Assembly (NCBI GenBank): GCA_041493175.1
Contig: JBGPYI010000001.1
Coordinates: 1 to 27,216 of the forward strand
Length of the DNA: 27,216 nucleotides
Direction: 5' to 3'
From: Gaiellaceae bacterium
GTDB taxonomy: Bacteria; Actinomycetota; Thermoleophilia; Gaiellales; Gaiellaceae
The position numbers and the translations under genes are program-made. This document shows, in pieces, positions 24,954-27,216 of this stretch (position 1 is its first letter; every line of letters starts with the position of its first letter). A model generated the notes under the pieces. That model was not told where the DNA came from, searched no databases, and saw only the letters and a program-made list of their open reading frames with translations.

Positions 24954-26795
24954 GGGGAAAGCGACGATCAAGACCTCGCTGGGTGCCTTCTTCAGGACGT
25001 AGTCGACCGTCGGAGAGAAGAACCGGGACTGCCTGCGCCAGCGCGGGGCCGAGCCGAGGACAATCAGATCGGCGCCGGAGTCCTGCGCCTCCTGGACGAT
25101 CGCCTGCCCGATCGAGCGGGCCCGGACCGTCCGTCCTTCCACCTCGACGCCGTGGTCTGCCCCGAGCAGCTTCGCTTCGGCGAGCGAGGCCTCGGCCCGC
25201 TCCTCCTCGTCGAGCAGCTCGGCATCGAGAGGAAGCTCCATCGGGACGAGGATCACGTGGAGAGCCTCCACCGAGGCCCCTCGCTCCTGGGCGAGCTTGA
25301 CCGCCGTAGCGATCATCTCCTCGCCGATGTCGCCCAGCTTCATGGGGACGAGGATGCGCGAAAACTCGGCCTCGGCGAGGCCGCGATGCTCGTCGGCCGA
25401 CACGACGTGCTCGAGCAGGCCCTCCCCGCGCGATTTGCGGACGATGATGTACACGCAAAGGCCGAGGCCGAGCCAGACCGGTCCCGCGAGACGCGCGCCT
25501 TGGTGCGTGCCGATGGCGATCAGCCAGACCGCGAAGGTGAGGATGGCGCCGACGACCGACGGCACGGGCACCCGGCCGACGGTGAACGGCACGCGGTAGG
25601 GGCGCCTGCGGTTCGGGTCGCTGAACCGCAGCTTGATCACCGCGAGCTGTGCGGCCGTGAAAGCGAGGAGCACGCCGAAGCTGAAGAGGCCCGCGAGGAA
25701 CAGCACGGGGTGCGCGAGCGCTGCGGTTCCGACGAGGAGCCCGATCGAGATCAGCGCCGCGGCGACGATCGACTCCGGGGCGACAAGCGTGCGCGGCCTG
25801 AGCATTCCGAACCGGCGGGGCAGCTGGCCGTGTTCCCCCAGCGAATACGCCAGGCGGCCGAACCCGGAGATGGAGGTGGTCGCCGCCGTGAGCAGGATGA
25901 GTGCGCCGGACAGCCCGACGAAGACCTGCAGCGGCGCGCCGATGACGTCAGGCACGTGCTCACGGACCTGCGTGACGATTCCGACGAGCGGCGCGCGAAG
26001 CCAGTTGCCGCCGAGCAGCGTCCCGTGCTTCGGCGGAAACGCGGAGAGGCCGACGACGGCGATCGCGACGTAGAGGATGACGACCAGGCCGATGGCGCTG
26101 AAGAGACTCCGCGGTAGATCGCGGCCGGGGCGCCGTGTCTCCTCGGCCAAGTTCGCGACGGTCTCGAGCCCGGTGTAGGCGAGCATCGCGAGCGGAAGCG
26201 CGAACGCGAGCGAGTGCCAGGTGGGCGACTGGCCCAGCGACGTCCCGGCGCTGAGCGCGTGCGGCGAGAAGAGGAGCGCCATCCCGAGCGCCACGATCAG
26301 GACCTGGGTCGCGAGATCGACGAGCGCGACGATCAGGGCCCACCGGTGCAGGCGGGTGCGGTGAACGAGCCGCACGACTGCGACTCCCGCGATCACGCCG
26401 CAGCCGGCCACGACGTCCCAGGGACGGTGCACCTTTGTGAAGAACGCGCCTGCGACGTAGTGCGGCAGAAAGAGGGCCGACAGGGCGATGACGATCAGGT
26501 AGTCGAGAAAGAGCACCCAGCCCGTGATGAAGCCCCAGAAGTCGTTGAACGCGATGCGGACGAACGTCGCCGCGCCGCCGGTCTCGCGAATTGCCGCAGT
26601 TCCCTCGGCGTAGGAGAGCGAGACGATCAGGAAGAGCAGGCCGGTCGCCAGCAGCACGACCGGCGTAAAGCCGAGCGCATGCAGCGCGATGATGCCGAGC
26701 GCGAAATAGATCGACGAGGCGATCTCCCCGTAGGCGATCGAGAAGAGCGCGGGAGCGTCGAGAACCCGCTGAAGCCGGGGCAGCTTGCGCGCCAC
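24903..26795 (-). CDS. APC-family permease fused to a C-terminal universal stress protein (USP) domain
   Basis: About 12 TM segments (SYAEGTAAIRETGG, YTGLETVANLAEETRRP, RRPYRVP); USP motifs RILVPM...LHVI and DLIVLG; GTG at 26795 behind GGAAGGGG. Confidence 0.88.
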   Translation of the reverse strand: MARKLPRLQRVLDAPALFSIAYGEIASSIYFALGIIALHALGFTPVVLLATGLLFLIVSLSYAEGTAAIRETGGAATFVRIAFNDFWGFITGWVLFLDYLIVIALSALFLPHYVAGAFFTKVHRPWDVVAGCGVIAGVAVVRLVHRTRLHRWALIVALVDLATQVLIVALGMALLFSPHALSAGTSLGQSPTWHSLAFALPLAMLAYTGLETVANLAEETRRPGRDLPRSLFSAIGLVVILYVAIAVVGLSAFPPKHGTLLGGNWLRAPLVGIVTQVREHVPDVIGAPLQVFVGLSGALILLTAATTSISGFGRLAYSLGEHGQLPRRFGMLRPRTLVAPESIVAAALISIGLLVGTAALAHPVLFLAGLFSFGVLLAFTAAQLAVIKLRFSDPNRRRPYRVPFTVGRVPVPSVVGAILTFAVWLIAIGTHQGARLAGPVWLGLGLCVYIIVRKSRGEGLLEHVVSADEHRGLAEAEFSRILVPMKLGDIGEEMIATAVKLAQERGASVEALHVILVPMELPLDAELLDEEERAEASLAEAKLLGADHGVEVEGRTVRARSIGQAIVQEAQDSGADLIVLGSAPRWRRQSRFFSPTVDYVLKKAPSEVLIVAFPQGALEGDGAPGSEGAR

Positions 26796-26845
26796 TAGTG
26801 CCCCTTCCAGTGATGCTGTCCGCGCATTGCTGGGAGGGGCACTAG
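26795..26845. repeat. 16-bp inverted repeat covering the permease RBS and first start-codon base
   Basis: CTAGTGCCCCTTCCAG (26795-26810) and CTGGGAGGGGCACTAG (26830-26845), one mismatch. Confidence 0.85.
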
Positions 26846-26851
26846 GTGAGG

Positions 26852-27025
26852 TTATCGCCGCCTGCGGAGCAGGTAGAGGCGGCCGACGCCGACGGCGAAG
26901 AACAGCACCCCCATCAGGTAGCCGAACACGGCCCCGCCGTGCACCGCCGTCACGACGACCAGGGCTATCCCGATCCCCATGAAGAGGATTGCGAAGAGCA
27001 TCACCAGAGAGCGGTAGGCGTTCAT
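26852..27025 (-). CDS. Unannotated 57-aa two-TM membrane protein
   Basis: Manual translation MNAYRSLVMLFAILFMGIGIALVVVTAVHGGAVFGYLMGVLFFAVGVGRLYLLRRRR; RBS GGGAGAAGG; mostly G/C third positions; below the ORF-track size cutoff. Confidence 0.8.
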   Translation of the reverse strand: MNAYRSLVMLFAILFMGIGIALVVVTAVHGGAVFGYLMGVLFFAVGVGRLYLLRRRR

Positions 27026-27057
27026 GCCGCCTTCTCCCTCGCCTTCGGCTCGGTCGT

Positions 27058-27179
27058 ACGGAGGAAACCATGTCTCCCCCGTGGACCCCCTTCTTTTGGA
27101 GAGTTCGCTTCGACGTCCGCGCCGCTGCGATCGCCGCGGACGTCAAAGAATGCAGCAGGGGAAACCTCCCCGTTTCCCC
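27058..27179. repeat. Cluster of three hairpins (REP-like elements or structured leader)
   Basis: 27058-27082 (11 bp, two G-U pairs on the minus strand), 27112-27144 (10-bp perfect arms), 27158-27179 (GGGGAAAC/GTTTCCCC). Confidence 0.6.
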
Positions 27180-27216
27180 CCTCCCCATACACAAGGCGGC
27201 GAGACAACATGCCCCC

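Noticed and set aside
24935-26810. CTGGAAGGGG 10-mer at both ends of the permease gene as an operator
   Set aside because: One copy is the RBS and the other is coding sequence; a short G-rich match is plausible by chance.
26796-27194. N-terminal extension of the permease ORF to 27194 (or the ATG at 27071)
   Set aside because: The extension is low-complexity, overlaps the better-supported 57-aa ORF and crosses hairpins; a good RBS precedes the GTG at 26795.
27022-27210. 62-aa ORF as a real stand-alone gene
   Set aside because: It is built largely from hairpin sequence, has no motif and has atypical codons. It could be the tail of a gene starting outside the window, which cannot be judged here.
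27026-27216. c-di-AMP (ydaO/yuaA) riboswitch
   Set aside because: Expected for K+ transport genes, but its conserved blocks were not recognisable. Kept only as an unknown structured region pending an Rfam scan.

Overview
High-GC bacterial chromosome segment that looks actinobacterial (Thermoleophilia/Gaiellales-like; taxonomy is inferred from gene content and TANNNT leaderless promoters, not tested). Left to right: the 3' end of a Lys/Arg-rich histone-like gene; two tandem secreted S8 subtilases with matching promoter architecture; tRNA-Val(GAC); pcrA followed by two coupled Eis-family acetyltransferases; an LLM/F420-type oxidoreductase and signal peptidase I; a small DUF6458-like membrane protein; a winged-helix hypothetical; an ABC-F ATPase with a candidate uORF/anti-SD leader; a six-gene cobalamin-riboswitch-controlled ECF (CbrT-type) operon; a divergent VanZ / degenerate HAD / coiled-coil operon; a homocysteine S-methyltransferase; a secreted PQQ/GSDH beta-propeller; and an APC-permease-USP fusion with two TrkA/RCK genes, preceded by an unannotated 57-aa membrane ORF and structured DNA. 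The best candidate for a new system is the B12 operon. Besides the ECF core it encodes two exported DUF4430 (transcobalamin beta-domain-like) proteins and a stand-alone exported alpha-barrel protein, which together resemble a transcobalamin split into separate polypeptides. No integrase, transposase, CRISPR or rRNA was seen. All family assignments come from motif recognition by eye, not database searches.
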